Counted from the first letter of the stretch, positions 41,243 to 53,324 are shown. The stretch is DNA of 64,000 nucleotides from an uncultured Verrucomicrobiae bacterium (GCA_963706955.1 CAVPOC010000011.1:19033-83032); one strand, 5' to 3'. Translations and numbers: made by a program. The notes: generated by a model not told the origin, from the sequence alone.

Positions 41243-42612
41243 TCAACACTTAGCCGATGTCTTATGTGGGTCATGAAGCTTCGGCGGGGCCGCGGTCCCA
41301 CCGTGTTGCTCGAGGTATTCGCACGCTGCCTCAATATCGCGTGCAAGGATCTCGGTCACGTCCTGGTTCAGATGCGGGCGCACGACGATGCGCAGGCTGT
41401 TGATCTCTTGAGCGTCGGGAGGCATAGAATAAGCCGAAAGGATCCATCCTCGTTCGCGCACCTTGTTAGAGATGTCGAATTCGTTGTAACGCTTGACAGA
41501 CTTATCTAACGTGAGCGCGACTACCGGGATCCGCTGAGTCTTATTCATGATCTGGAACTTTCCTGTTTTGGTCAGCCGATCCCGCAGGTACACGGCGTGA
41601 TCCAATGCATACCTCATAACCCGCGTGTACCCGTCACGGCCGAGTCGGAGGAACATGTAGTACCTGCATCAGCACCGTAGAAGAACCTTTGCTGAAATTT
41701 AACGTTGCCGTCGGAGCTTCGCCGCCCAGGTAATTGACGTAGAATACCAGATCCTCGTTAAACACCATACGATCCTTGAACACGACCCAGCCCAGACCGG
41801 GCGGCACCAGGCCATATTTGTGGCCCGAGGCGTTGATGGATTGAACACGCGGAAGCCGGAAGTCCCATTTGTAGTCGGGGTAGAGAAATGGGTTCACGAA
41901 AGCGCCTGAAGCGCCGTCGATATGCATGGGGATGGAGACGCCGGTCTTTTTCTCATAGTCGTCAAGCCAGTCGTGAATCTCCTGGATTTCATCGTCTTCG
42001 CCCGTGAAGGTCTGGCCGGCGATGGCGACCACGCAGATCGTGTTTTCGTCTACATACTTGTCAAGATACTCAGCGGTAAGGCGGTAGTTGCCAATCTTGA
42101 GGGGCACAATCCGCGGCTCGACATCGAAATAGCGCAAGAACTTTTTCCAGACGATCTGGACGTTGCCGCCGGTTACCATGTTTGGCCGACTGGCATCTTT
42201 TCCCGCCTTATGTCGAGCCTCCCGCCAATTCCATTTGTGGGCCAGGCCGCCCAACATGCAAGCCTCGGAGGAACCGATGGTCGCAGCTCCGTAGGGTTCT
42301 GCGTCCTTCGGGCCATTCCAGAGGTCGTGCAGCCATCGAATGCACTTGAATTCCGTCTCCTGCGTGTGTGGATACATGTCGGGATCGGCGAAATTCCGAT
42401 ACATGTGACGATCGTAAATATCCTTCGCTTCGGGCTCGCAATAGGTAGTGACGAAGGAAGAAAGGTTTAACATCGGGTTGGCGTCAGTCCATGTTTCGCT
42501 GTTCACGATTGCGTTCGCCGCAGCCGCAGAAAATACCCTCTTTGGGGAACTTCTTCGGGATTTCGATGTTGAATTGATCGTATGAAGTCTGCTTAGCGGG
42601 TTGCTGTCTCAT
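41243..42612 (-). CDS. gadB: Glutamate decarboxylase, frameshifts near 42545 and 41660
   Basis: NLSSFVTT, GSSEACMLGG, HIDGASG, WDFRLPRVQSINASGHKYG (PLP Lys), YLGG, LRIVVR. Confidence 0.92.
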
Positions 42613-42852
42613 ATCTGCACCTCGGGGGCCTTTGGTTCGTTAAACCGTTCTATAGTGTCCTGTCCGCAAAATAACATGCCAAGCCGCTGGGTCGGCCCTT
42701 TTGAAGCCGCTACCATGCGGTTTAGACTAGCGTCGTTCCACGTCGTCGGAGTGTTACAAGAGCGCCGATTAGTCGGGGTAGAAGCCGCAAGTTATTGATC
42801 TCAAACCTGACTCAGCGCAAACGACACGACAAAACCCGCGAGCACACAATAT

Positions 42853-42867
42853 GCTGTTATTAACAGC
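42853..42867. promoter_or_regulatory. 7-1-7 inverted repeat upstream of gadB; candidate operator
   Basis: GCTGTTA-T-TAACAGC in the non-coding gap. Confidence 0.35.
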
Positions 42868-42980
42868 GCGACGCCGGAGGACAAACCAAGGTGCGATGTG
42901 GCTAGACGGAACAGCGACAAATCGAGATGGCGGCCGCCGCGACCGCTCAGCATCTAGGTTTCAGCAGCAAGGGGGTGGTA

Positions 42981-45650
42981 TTAGCGATTCCTGGCGACGT
43001 CGGCGAGGCAACCGATGGCGAGAGCGGTCCAGCCAGTCTGATGGCTGGCACCGAGACCTCGGCCGGTTTCGCCGTCGAAGTATTCATGGAAATTCACGAG
43101 GTTGCGCCAATGCGGGTCGGTCGAGAAGCGCGCATCGTCGCCGTGGCATGGACGGCGGCCATTTTCATCAGGCAGAAAGATACCGGCAAGACGCGCGCTA
43201 AGTTCGAGCGAGACTTTGCGGAGATTCATCATTTGACCTGATCCGGTGGGGCACTCAACTTTCAGCGTATCGCCGTAGAAGTGGGCGTAACGTTCAAGGG
43301 CCTCAACGATCAGGAAGTTAATCGGAAACCAGACCGGTCCCCGCCAGTTTGAATTACCGCCGAAAAGGTAGGTCGTGGATTCGGCGGGCTCGTAATCGAC
43401 GCGTTGCTCGGCACCGCCAGCGCTGAAGACGTACGGATGCTTCCCGTGAAACTTCGATACGGAGCGAAGACCGTGCGGCGACAGGAATTCATTTTCGTCG
43501 AGCATATAACGCAGCACTCGCTCAAGGCGTTGGCGAGACGGAATGGCAAGGAGCCGGCGATTGTCGCCGACTTCGCAGTAGCTTATCTCACCGGCTAAGT
43601 CAGCGCGATGCTTCATGAACCACTGGAAGCGATGGTAGAAGCCTGGCAGCCTCTTGATAGTCTCTTCCTCCAGGACTTCGACCGCGATCAAGGGCAGCAG
43701 GCCGACGAGGGATCTCGTCTGCAATGGGATCACCCGACCGTCCGCGTGGACCTGATCGTAGTAAAAGCCGTCTTCTTCGTTCCATAGCCCGGTGCCGCCA
43801 AGATGATTCATCGCATCGGCGATTTGCACGAAGTGCATGAAGAACTTCGATGCCATGTCTTCGTAGGCTGCGTCCGTCTGCGTGCCGTCGCCCCGGGCTA
43901 ACTCCAGCGCTATGCTTAGCATCGTGCCGCAATAAAACGCCATCCATGCGGTGCCGTCGGCCTGGAGCAGGGTGCCACCGTTGGGCAATGGCTTCGACCG
44001 ATCAAAGACGCCGATGTTGTCAAGCCCAAGAAAACCGCCCGAAAAAAGATTCTCACCCTTCGGGTCCTTGCGATTGACCCACCAAGTGAAGTTGATGATC
44101 AGCTTTTGAAAAGCCCGCTCAAGAAATTCCCGGTCGCGCATGCCAGCTTCGGCGGACATCTTATAGACACGCCAAGCGGCCCAGGCGTGCACCGGCGGGT
44201 TCACGTCGCCAAAGGCAAATTCGTAAGCTGGGATCTGCCCATTGGATTGCATATACCATTCGCGGAGGAACAGGATGAGCTGCTCCTTGGCGTATTCCGG
44301 GTCTAAGCGGGAGATCGGGATTACATGGAAGGCCAGGTCCCACGAGGCGAACCAAGGATACTCCCACTTATCCGGCATCGAGATAATGTCCCGGCTGTAC
44401 AGATGAACCCATTCGTGATTGCGTCCCCCGAGCCGGCTGGCGGGTGGCCGTGGATAAGCGGGATCTCCACGGAGCCATTCTTCGACGACGTAATAGTAGA
44501 ACTGCTTGCTCCATAGCAGACCGGCCGCGGCCTGACGGACGACATCGCGTTCGGAATCGGAGAACTTGGCGATGAAGGCCGAGTCATAGAATGCGTGCAT
44601 GTCGTTGACGCGCGCATCGAAGGTTTGTTCGAACGATGGCCCGAACGGGTCGGTGGGTGCTTCCGTTTCAGCGAAGAGGCGAAGGGAAATCGTCTGTATA
44701 CCACCTGCGGGAACTCGCAATGCGTAATGCAGCGCTGCCTTCGTGCCGGTGTTTGCTGGATTGACGGCACTTGTCTTGCCGTGAACGAGGTATTCGTTGA
44801 AGGCGTCCTTCGCAAACGCACTCCCGTCTCCATAGTCCCACAGGCGGTGGGAATTGGTCTCATTCTCCGTGAAGAGTGCTATAGGCAGTTGACCTGTGGA
44901 ATCGGGACCGGCTTCCAGGAAGAAGCGGCCCAGGCTATCTTGGTTCAGCGCCAACCGATTTTCATTCTCGAGCACGATACTCGGCTTGAATCTGGAGCCT
45001 TCCTCTTCGTGGCCCCATGACCAGTCATTGCGAAACCAGACATTGGGGAGCAGGTGCAAGATTGCCGCGTCCGGCCCCCGGTTTGCCACTGTGACTTTTA
45101 TAAGGATGTCGTTGGGCGAGTTCTTTGCGTATTCTGCAAAGACATCGAAGTAGCGGTTCTCATTGAAGATCCCCGTATCGACCAACTCAAACTCTGGGTC
45201 AAGTTTACCCCGTTTGCGATTCTCATCTACCAGTAGCCCATACGGAAACTCAGCCTGTGCGTACTTGTATAGCGCCTTGGCATAGGAGTAAGTCGGCGTC
45301 GCTGCGAGATAGAAGTATTGTTCCTTCACATCCTCGCCGTGATTGCCTTCAGAGCCAGTCAGTCCAAACAAGCGTTCCTTGAGAATGGGATCCTTTTCAT
45401 TCCACAAGGCCAGTGCAAAACAAAGCCGGCACTGGTGATCTGTGAAGCCAAGCAATCCATCTTCACCCCAGCGATAAGCGCGGCTTCGGGCGTGATCATG
45501 GGGGAAGTAATCCCAGCAATTTCCCCACTCCGAATAGTCCTCGCGGACGGTCGCCCACTGTCGTTCGGAAAGGTATGGCCCCCAGCGTTTCCAGTCTGCG
45601 GTGCGGGCGTTGGCTTCGGCGATTCGTTCTTGCTCGCGGAGGGTGCTCAT
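42981..45650 (-). CDS. MGH1-like glycoside hydrolase (GH63-related glucosidase)
   Basis: WKRWGPYLSERQW, SMPDKWEYPWFASWDLAFH, FLGLDNIG, NSNWRGPVW, GASHQTGWT. Confidence 0.92.
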   Translation of the reverse strand: MSTLREQERIAEANARTADWKRWGPYLSERQWATVREDYSEWGNCWDYFPHDHARSRAYRWGEDGLLGFTDHQCRLCFALALWNEKDPILKERLFGLTGSEGNHGEDVKEQYFYLAATPTYSYAKALYKYAQAEFPYGLLVDENRKRGKLDPEFELVDTGIFNENRYFDVFAEYAKNSPNDILIKVTVANRGPDAAILHLLPNVWFRNDWSWGHEEEGSRFKPSIVLENENRLALNQDSLGRFFLEAGPDSTGQLPIALFTENETNSHRLWDYGDGSAFAKDAFNEYLVHGKTSAVNPANTGTKAALHYALRVPAGGIQTISLRLFAETEAPTDPFGPSFEQTFDARVNDMHAFYDSAFIAKFSDSERDVVRQAAAGLLWSKQFYYYVVEEWLRGDPAYPRPPASRLGGRNHEWVHLYSRDIISMPDKWEYPWFASWDLAFHVIPISRLDPEYAKEQLILFLREWYMQSNGQIPAYEFAFGDVNPPVHAWAAWRVYKMSAEAGMRDREFLERAFQKLIINFTWWVNRKDPKGENLFSGGFLGLDNIGVFDRSKPLPNGGTLLQADGTAWMAFYCGTMLSIALELARGDGTQTDAAYEDMASKFFMHFVQIADAMNHLGGTGLWNEEDGFYYDQVHADGRVIPLQTRSLVGLLPLIAVEVLEEETIKRLPGFYHRFQWFMKHRADLAGEISYCEVGDNRRLLAIPSRQRLERVLRYMLDENEFLSPHGLRSVSKFHGKHPYVFSAGGAEQRVDYEPAESTTYLFGGNSNWRGPVWFPINFLIVEALERYAHFYGDTLKVECPTGSGQMMNLRKVSLELSARLAGIFLPDENGRRPCHGDDARFSTDPHWRNLVNFHEYFDGETGRGLGASHQTGWTALAIGCLADVARNR

Positions 45651-46376
45651 GTAGGGATTTGTAGGATTTGGTGTTTCAGCCGGAGAAAACTTGCCCAGCG
45701 ACCACGCTTGGAAGGGGGACCAGCCACTAGGATCCGGGAGTCGTTGTAATGGGATGGAAGGCTAAGTACGATTCATCAGCCAGAGGAGGTCGTACGTTCC
45801 GGCTAATGCGCTTGGAGAGGGAATCTCTTTCAGGCCGAGCGTGCCACCATAAAAAGCGCGCACCTTGTCATGTTCTCCCGCAGGGACGTTGATCGTGACA
45901 TGGTTGAGGCGTCGGTATTCAGGTTTCACGGTATCTGGTTTAGATAGAGTGCGTCGGGTTTCACCCCCAATGTGGCGTTGAGCTCAAGAATGCGGCCGAG
46001 CACATCGTGGTTCAGCGGCGCGCCTCTGATAGGGGTCGGAATCGGGTGCCCAGCCCGACTTCCGAAGGGGTTGCAGCGATGTTGGCACATCTCCTGGGTC
46101 CAGCTTCGCCTCGCCACCGAGCGCATCGTTGAGCAGAAAGTCACGCGAAGCGAGAGCATTTTCCGGCTCTGACGCAGATGCCTTCATCGGCACAATCATG
46201 CGAATCAGCAATAGTGCCGCAGCGAATGCTCGTAATCTTACTCTTAGTCCCGCCCCTTTTGGTCTGTAGTGATGCCCAATTCATCCTGACAGTCAATCAC
46301 CGCCTTCGTTGCAGATGCGGCTTTCGGCACACTCGGTCGTGGCCGCGTTTATCGGTTTTCGCCGCTGACTTGTTGA

Positions 46377-47748
46377 TCATGATTCCCCGGGTATGGGCGC
46401 TTCTTCCGCCTCCGAAATCGTCGGCGAAGTCAATGTTGGCAGTTGGACGATGTTCTTCGAGAAGAACAGATCGAGCGTCCAATCGATCGCCACGCGGACT
46501 TTCTTTTCAAGACCAGGAAGTTTGCTCAAATAAATCCCACGCCACAGCAACCAGGCAAGTATCCCGGAGAACTGCATTCCCAGGATTTCTGCCACGCCGC
46601 AGCGTCGTCCAATCGACGCCAGCAGGCCGATGATCTTGATTTGAAAGGCTGCGGTGGTTCACCGCGCAAGGCTGCGGCGATGTTCCTTGCGAGCACGACC
46701 GCTTGACGGATCGCATGCTGCGCGGTCGGTGGATAGAACTTGCCAGGATTCAGCGGGTCTGGAATGAGCGCGCAGTCGCCCAGCGTCCAAACACCCGGGA
46801 AATCTGGCACTCGCAGAGACGCGTCGGCGACGACGCGGCCCCGCTGCAACTTGCAAGGCAAGCTTGACACCACCGGCGCCGGCGTGGTGCCAGCCGTCCA
46901 AATGAGCATCCGCGTGTTGATCTTCGTCCCATCGTCCAGCATCACGGATTCGCCATCAAAGCTGGAGACTTTCCTATTAAGCAGAATCTCCACACCCCGT
47001 TCGGTGAGTTTCTTCGCGCGTAGCGACCAAGGCTTTCTCCCAATTCCGGTAGGATCACTTCACCCGGATGCACCAGGACCACGCGGATCATTCCCTCCTT
47101 GAGATGCGGATAAAGCTTCATCCCTTCGCGAAGGAAATCATTTACGGCACCGACCGTTTCCGCTCCCGCGAATCCGCCGCCCGCCACAACCACGGTCAGC
47201 GTGGTCCGACGCCGGGTTTCGTCAGGCTGATTGTCCGCGAGTTCGAGCGAGTCGATGATACGATTGCGCACAAGCATCGCGTCGCCCAGAGTCTTCATCG
47301 TCAACGCGTGCTCCGCCAAGCCGGGCGTGTGATAGAAGTTCGTCACAGCACCAAGCGCCAGCACAACCTGATCGTAAGTTACCTCGTAAGCATCCGGCAG
47401 GTCGGGGTGACGGATGCGCACCTGTTTCCTGGCGAGATCAATCTCTTCGACATCGGCGATCGCCACCCGCGTATGGCGCAACATTTTTCGGAGTGGCTGG
47501 ACGATGTCGGTCACCCCCACGTCGCTGCCGGCCACTTCGTGAAGCATCGGCGTGAAGAGGACAAAGTTTTCCTTGGAAACCAGCACAAGTTCGACGTCCG
47601 GCGTGTCTGCCAATTGCCGCTCAAGGTGCAACGCCGCAAAGGCGCCGCCAAAACCGCCGCCGAGAATCAGGATGCGCTTCTTCCCAGTGGCTTGCGTCCA
47701 GGCAGGTGACGGCATCGCTGGCATTATTTCCAGACCGCCCGCCATCAT
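46377..47748 (-). CDS. ndh: Type II NADH dehydrogenase-like FAD oxidoreductase, two frameshifts
   Basis: GGGFGG, FTPMLHEVA, GGGFAGAE, WTAG, LGDCA, PPTAQHA, AWLLWRGIYL across three frames. Confidence 0.85.
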
Positions 47749-48512
47749 AGTCCCGGGCTGCTCTGCATGATCCCGCCGTCGGCGAAAATGGTGGTGGCGG
47801 TGATATAGCTGGCGCCACTATCAGCAACGAAGGCCACCACGCTGCCAATCTCTTCCGGCTTGGCCATGCGCCCGAGCGGGATGGCACTGTTGAGTTTCTT
47901 CAGCGCCACGGGATCGTTCATTGTGCCAATATTGATAGGAGTCGCCACAGCGCCGGGTCCCACGCCAGTGACGCGTATGTTGTGAGGCGCGAGTTCGACA
48001 CCCGCGGTACGCGTGAGCATCCGCATTCCGCCCTTGGACAGGCAGTATGCGGTGTTGTTAGGCATCGGCCAGTCTTCGTGCACGGAAGTGATGTTGATAA
48101 TACAGCCACCATCGCCCTGCTTGATCATCTGCTGCGCTGCCAGCTGCGTGCCGAAGAAGGCGCTCTTGAGGTTGATCGAGAGCACTTTTTCGTACTGGTC
48201 CTCGGTGGTATCAAGCACCGAAGTTCGTGTCTCGACGCCGGCGTTATTAACCATGATGTCCAGGCGCCCAAACTGTCGCACCGCCGTGTCGATGAGGGTT
48301 TGCAATTCGGCGACCTTGCTCACATCCGCCTTCACACCGATGACCTGATCGCCCAGCGCCGCGACCTGCCTCTCCAACGCTTCGGTCGCCTCGGGATGCG
48401 CAACATAGTCGATGACGATACTCGCGCCTTGTTTCGCCAGTTCGAGGACAATCGACAGGCCAATTCCGCTGTTTCCCCCGGTGACGATAGCTACTTTGCC
48501 TTTTAGACTCAT
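47745..48512 (-). CDS. Glucose 1-dehydrogenase-like SDR
   Basis: TGGNSGIG, NNAG, SVHE, YCLSK, GPGAVATPIN, ADGG. Confidence 0.9.
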   Translation of the reverse strand: MSLKGKVAIVTGGNSGIGLSIVLELAKQGASIVIDYVAHPEATEALERQVAALGDQVIGVKADVSKVAELQTLIDTAVRQFGRLDIMVNNAGVETRTSVLDTTEDQYEKVLSINLKSAFFGTQLAAQQMIKQGDGGCIINITSVHEDWPMPNNTAYCLSKGGMRMLTRTAGVELAPHNIRVTGVGPGAVATPINIGTMNDPVALKKLNSAIPLGRMAKPEEIGSVVAFVADSGASYITATTIFADGGIMQSSPGL

Positions 48513-48599
48513 ATACTTAGTTCTTTTACAATTGGTTATTGTTGATTGGTTGTTGACGGTTGAGGATCCGATATCGCCTCAGGTTGCACCCGGACGACC

Positions 48600-48850
48600 A
48601 CAAATGATAGGGGCCGCCATGCAGAGCCCGAGGAGGAAGATGCGCTTTTCCCCGAGCCGTCGAACCAGCCCGCGCCCAGCAGGGCTGCGGTGATCGCTTG
48701 AGGCACAAACATACCGCCATGCTGCGTGCTGGAGAAAGCGTAATGCGTAGCGCTAGTAAAGATCGTCCCTGCCGCCGGGAATGTTACCAAGGCGATGCCT
48801 TGAATAACTCCGGCAACGTAAACCGCGGCGATCTCGCTGGGCTTATCCAT
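48600..48850 (-). pseudogene. Truncated MFS transporter N-terminus
   Basis: VYVAGVIQGIALVTFPAA..FTS..Y..S..Q.G.MF.PQ, then loss of frame; only two helices remain. Confidence 0.55.
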
Positions 48851-48859
48851 CCATTGCCA

Positions 48860-50407
48860 TTACTGGAGTCCGCGAGCAGATGATCCCCGACGCGCAACGC
48901 ATTCGCCATGGCTGTCAAAGCAGGATTCACTGCACCGATGCTTGGGAAGAAGCTCGTATCGACTACGTAGAGATTGTCCAACTCGTGCGCCTTGCAATGG
49001 GTATCCAACACCGAGGTTCGCGGGTCCGACCCAAAGCAGCAGGTGCCGGACTGGTGCGCACATCCGCCAATACCAATCTCATTCTTCATGTAAAGATTGC
49101 GCGGGATGAGATGATCGTGCAAGTCGAGGCGGTTGAGCATCGACTTGAGCTTCTCATAGAGCAGCCGCTTGGGAGTCTCATTCGTCGGCGTATAGCTTAG
49201 CGTAATTGCCCCTGCGCGATCTATCGTGACGCGATTTTCCGCAAGGGGCAGATCCTCGGTGGAAAGCCAGAAATCAACCGCATGTTCGGCGATCGTGTCC
49301 AGTGTCCACATCGGCGCAAGACCCGCCTCGATGGGCTTCTCGCCCTTGTACATTGGACCCTGCGACTTGCCGACCATCTGGAGATTGCCCAGCGGAAATG
49401 GAAACTCCGTCGAGGCGTGATAGAAATCATTCACGCCAAGAGTCTTTTGAAACTTGGTTGGGTTCGGCTTCTTCGAGATGGCCAATACCGCCTGACTGTT
49501 GTGATACATATAATTCCGTCCGACTTGGTCAGACCCATTGGCCAGTCCGTTGGGATGTTTGTCATTTGCTGACATCAAGAGCAATCTTGCGGAATTCGCT
49601 GCGCCACACGAAACGACGACAAGGCTACCCTGGAATGTCTCGGTCTGCCCGCCGGCTTCACGACGACTTCGGTAACCGATGTGCCAGCAGCATTCGTTTT
49701 CAGCCTGAGAACCTCTGAATCCGTCAGCAGGGTGACATTTGGGGATTGCAGCGCCGGGCGTACCCGCACACCTCAGCATCCGATTTTGCATGAACCAAGC
49801 ATGGGAAACCGTCGCAGTCCTTACAGCGCACGCACGTGCTGAAAGGCATATTTTCCTCGTTAAGCATGATGCCGTTAGGCGTATGGAATGGGCGATAGCC
49901 TGCCCGCGCCAGATCGTCGGACAGCTTTTGAATGCGGGGCTCATGCGACACGGCCGGGAACGGATAAGGAGCGCTTGCCGGCGGTTCCGTCGGGTCTTCG
50001 CCGCGCGCGCCATGCACCTGATACATCTGCTCAGCCTTCGTGTAGTAAGGCTCCATTTCCTCATAGTCAATCGGCCATGCCGGCGAGATCCCGTCGCAGT
50101 GCTTGATCTCCCCAAAGTCCTCCTTGCGCAGCCGATAAAGCGCCGCGCCATAGAGCTTAGTCGAGCCACCGACAAAGTAATGGACGCCGGGCTGGAAGGC
50201 CTTGCCATCCTTGTCATGCCAGGTGTCGCTGGAAACATAACGGTTCTTGACGAACACCTCTTCCGCACTCCAATTCTCCGCTTCCCGAGGCAGCCACCCG
50301 CCGCGTTCGAGAATCAGAATTTTCTTCCCAGATGCCGCCAAATGCCTCGCCAGCGTACCTCCACCGGCACCGCTCCCGACAATGATAATGTCGTAGTCTA
50401 TGTTCAT
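48860..50407 (-). CDS. GMC-family oxidoreductase, frameshifted
   Basis: GSGAGGG, VGGSTKLYGA, CGAANSA, VGRNYM.H, AHQSGT, DNLYVVD.SFFPS..AVNPALT. Confidence 0.9.
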
Positions 50408-50991
50408 CGATTTGGGCCGGGGACTTCATTCCCAAATGAACCGGCAATCGAAGACCGCTTGCAGCGTTGCCCGAGTCAGCGTGCTTGACAAGCTAATTCG
50501 CCTCTCTGTCGGCAACGGTTCAAAACCTCTCGCACCCCTTGTTCAGCGGTCCCCAGCCCTCCGGCGGCAGCCGCCTACTGGCAGGATCAGAAGATCCGTG
50601 GGCGACGTATGCCGCATTCGTGTGGGAACTCCAGGACAACGCAGTGGATGACATCACAAAAGGAGAAGTGGCATCCACGGTGAGCGCGACGATCGGGGAA
50701 GATCGAGCCTCCGCCAACATGCTGGTGGATGCCCTTGCTTATCGGGCACTACGCGATGTGCTCGGCATCTGTCAAAGCGTCAGTACGCCCATGCAGTCGA
50801 ATCACGACCTCTATTCCAAAATCATCCATACCAGAGCGCGCTGGCGACAGCCGAGGTGTGCCTTGAGGCTGCAGAACTGCCTGAGGATCGCACCGATATT
50901 TCCAGCATAGGATCGATGTGGCCCTGGATGAAACGCAGATCAAGCCGGAGGATCGGTTCGACTTCCTAACCCAACTGCTCGAACTCTTCGG

Positions 50992-51666
50992 TCACCGAAG
51001 CCGACTACGCAAGCTGGCTGGAAAAATCCACCTGATCGGAGTTGCGGGCCTTACGGGCAAATTCACTTGGCCGCGCACAGTCCCTTGCCGGCGGATCTCT
51101 CCACCGCCCAATCCATCAGGCTGAAAACGACCGCCACGGCGAGTCCGAGCAGAACGGCGACTAGGCGCTCGCCAACGGCTTGCAGGGATTCTTCCGGACG
51201 CGGGAGGATGGTGGCGAGCACGACAAACATGGCAGCCGCCTGTCGAACTACGAGGGCGGAGTCGGGCTTGTGCCAGGCGATTGCTTCGAGGATTCCGATG
51301 ACCACACCCATGCCGAGAAGAAAGAAGGCCAGATTGTTCGTCAGGCCGGATATCGCGACGATGAAAACGAGGGAGAGGCCGGCGCCGAGGATGCCGCCGA
51401 GCGGTTTTTTGACCACTCCATCGCGAGGCAAAGCCAGGACGCAAGTGAGAGTCGCGACCGTCATCACCACACTTTGGGAAGGAATGGTCAGACAAGCGAG
51501 GACCAGGGAAGCGGCTCCGCAGCATCCGATCAACCAACCACTCGGGATCACAGGAGCCGGTGCGGTGGTTGGCGGAGGGGCCAGCGGCTGAAGCAGCAGG
51601 GTAGCGATCACCGCAATGGACAGCGAAACTCCATGCACCGCACCGCCCAGCAGACCGGCAATCGGA
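50992..51666. repeat. Near-identical direct repeat of 63327-64000 (the second copy runs off the window)
   Basis: By eye only about five differences, all in the first 100 bp. Confidence 0.95.
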
Positions 51667-52019
51667 AAAACAATTCCACCGCTGAATGATGCGCAAATCC
51701 CCATTGCAAAAAGCGTCCCCACCGCCGGGCCGAAATTTTTCACCGCAAAAACTGCTCCGAAGCCGGAGACGGCCGCGAAGACCGGCAACGACACCCAGGG
51801 CTGCTGCGGAAAGGCGGTCAGAAGAAGGGTTCCGCTCGACGCCCCCGTCCAGGCTGCCACGAGCCTTTGCAAAAAGTCTGTGCTCCCACGGCAGGGAAGC
51901 ACCGCGGTCAATTGCGCCGCTAGCACGGCGAGAAAAGGCTGCTCGATATGAATGACCGCCGCCACGCAGGCCGTGATCGATACAGCAAGCGCTTGGTGCA
52001 AGGCGGCCCGGAAGATCAT
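51063..52019 (-). CDS. FUSC-like (fusaric acid resistance / aromatic acid exporter) inner-membrane protein
   Basis: Polytopic; QRLVAAWTGA, QQPW, ERLVAVLLG; directly follows the HlyD gene. Confidence 0.65.
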   Translation of the reverse strand: MIFRAALHQALAVSITACVAAVIHIEQPFLAVLAAQLTAVLPCRGSTDFLQRLVAAWTGASSGTLLLTAFPQQPWVSLPVFAAVSGFGAVFAVKNFGPAVGTLFAMGICASFSGGIVFPIAGLLGGAVHGVSLSIAVIATLLLQPLAPPPTTAPAPVIPSGWLIGCCGAASLVLACLTIPSQSVVMTVATLTCVLALPRDGVVKKPLGGILGAGLSLVFIVAISGLTNNLAFFLLGMGVVIGILEAIAWHKPDSALVVRQAAAMFVVLATILPRPEESLQAVGERLVAVLLGLAVAVVFSLMDWAVERSAGKGLCAAK

Positions 52020-53083
52020 GGTCCGGCCGGCGGTAGAAATGCTTCCCTTGGCGAATACTCGCGAAGTTCCGCGGAATCCGCCTGGCTCTGCGTATCCACG
52101 ACCACCGCCGCCTTGCCTCCCATCCTCAAGGCGGGGAATTCCTTGTCCTTGACGATGATCCTGACCGGAAATCTCTGGGCGAGCTGCACGAAATCAAAGG
52201 TCGGCTGCACCCGGGAAAAGACCCCTTCTCCGCCCGGCGTGCCGCGGGATGCGGTCGTTTTCGGATAGACTGCGCGGGCGATTCCCTGCACGATGCCAGC
52301 GATCGGCCGCCGCCCGTCGGCCATGAGAAAGACCGTCGCCCGCTGACCCGGCCGGATGTGTGCGAGATCGGTCTCACGAAAGTTCGCGAGCACGTACCAG
52401 ACTGAGGAATCCACCACAGAAAAGATCTGCTCTCCGGCGGCAGCGTAGGTACCCGGGGCGATCTGCAAATCGGTCACGTAGCCGTCGCAAGGTGCGTAAA
52501 CCTTACAATAGGAAATCCGCAACTCGGCATCCCGCAAAGCGGCCTCCGCTTCCTCCACGCGGGTGTTCCGACCCTCGAATTCTCCCAGCTTATTCCGCGC
52601 TCGCGCCACGGCCGCTTCCGCCTCGAGCGTCAGCGCCTTGGCGCTCTCCGCATCCGCTCCCGCGCTCTGCACCCGGTCGGCCGAAGCATATTTTCCCGCC
52701 AGCAATAGCTTGAGTCGCTCGAAATGCGATGAGGCATATTCCGCCCGCGCCGCCCGGTCGCGCTGAGTCGCCTCAGCGGCGACAATCTCGTCGCCCAGCG
52801 CGCGCACCTCCAGCTTGACGAGTTCCAGTCGCGCCCGCGCGCTGGCCGCCTCGGCTTCATAGGGCCGCGCGTCGAGTTCGAACAGCAAATCCCCGCGCTG
52901 GACCTTCTGATTGTCGCTGACATGCAGCCGCACAATCGAACCGCCGACCTGCGGCGCGACTCCGGACACATTGGCGCGCACTTCAGCGTCTTCGGTACGC
53001 GGATACGCCGCCAGGTTGCGCCAGACAGCAACAAGGGAAAGAACCGCCAAAACGAGAATAACGAGACGGGTGAAGTTCTTCAT
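52016..53083 (-). CDS. HlyD/MdtN-family periplasmic adaptor
   Basis: YPRTEDAEV, APQVGG, V.DNQKV.RGD.LF.LD.RPY, ANFRET, VQLAQRFPVRI; start MKNF. Confidence 0.92.
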   Translation of the reverse strand: MKNFTRLVILVLAVLSLVAVWRNLAAYPRTEDAEVRANVSGVAPQVGGSIVRLHVSDNQKVQRGDLLFELDARPYEAEAASARARLELVKLEVRALGDEIVAAEATQRDRAARAEYASSHFERLKLLLAGKYASADRVQSAGADAESAKALTLEAEAAVARARNKLGEFEGRNTRVEEAEAALRDAELRISYCKVYAPCDGYVTDLQIAPGTYAAAGEQIFSVVDSSVWYVLANFRETDLAHIRPGQRATVFLMADGRRPIAGIVQGIARAVYPKTTASRGTPGGEGVFSRVQPTFDFVQLAQRFPVRIIVKDKEFPALRMGGKAAVVVDTQSQADSAELREYSPREAFLPPAGP

Positions 53084-53311
53084 CGCGCGGCAAAAAATAA
53101 AAACCAGGTCCCGCAAGTGAGGGCGATAAAGAGGGCTGGAACCATCAGGGCCGCGGGCTGCAGGACTTCCGGCCAACGGCCGCGCGGCCAGAACGTGCAG
53201 CACCCATGTCGCAAGGCCGCCGGCCACCATGCAAACCAGCCAGGCGGGAAAATAGGCCCCCCCGACATTCACCAGCGGATCCCCCTTGATCAACGCCACC
53301 AGGATGGGCAT
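53080..53311 (-). CDS. YtcA-family small membrane protein, frameshift near 53175
   Basis: DPLVNVGGAYFPAWLVCM...PAL..PAL....CGTWFLFF. Confidence 0.75.
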
Positions 53312-53324
53312 TCTGAGGTCGCCG

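Noticed and set aside
45750..46330. Short ORFs between the GH63 and ndh genes
   Set aside because: Protein-like stretches are broken by frame changes and no family was recognised.
18465..50407. Programmed ribosomal frameshifting or phase variation as the cause of the split genes
   Set aside because: No shared slippery heptamer or long simple repeat at the breakpoints inspected; error or decay is simpler.
50539..50990. ORF containing WELQDNAVDD, resembling a GHKL ATPase N-box
   Set aside because: No downstream DxGxG box; probably unassignable debris.
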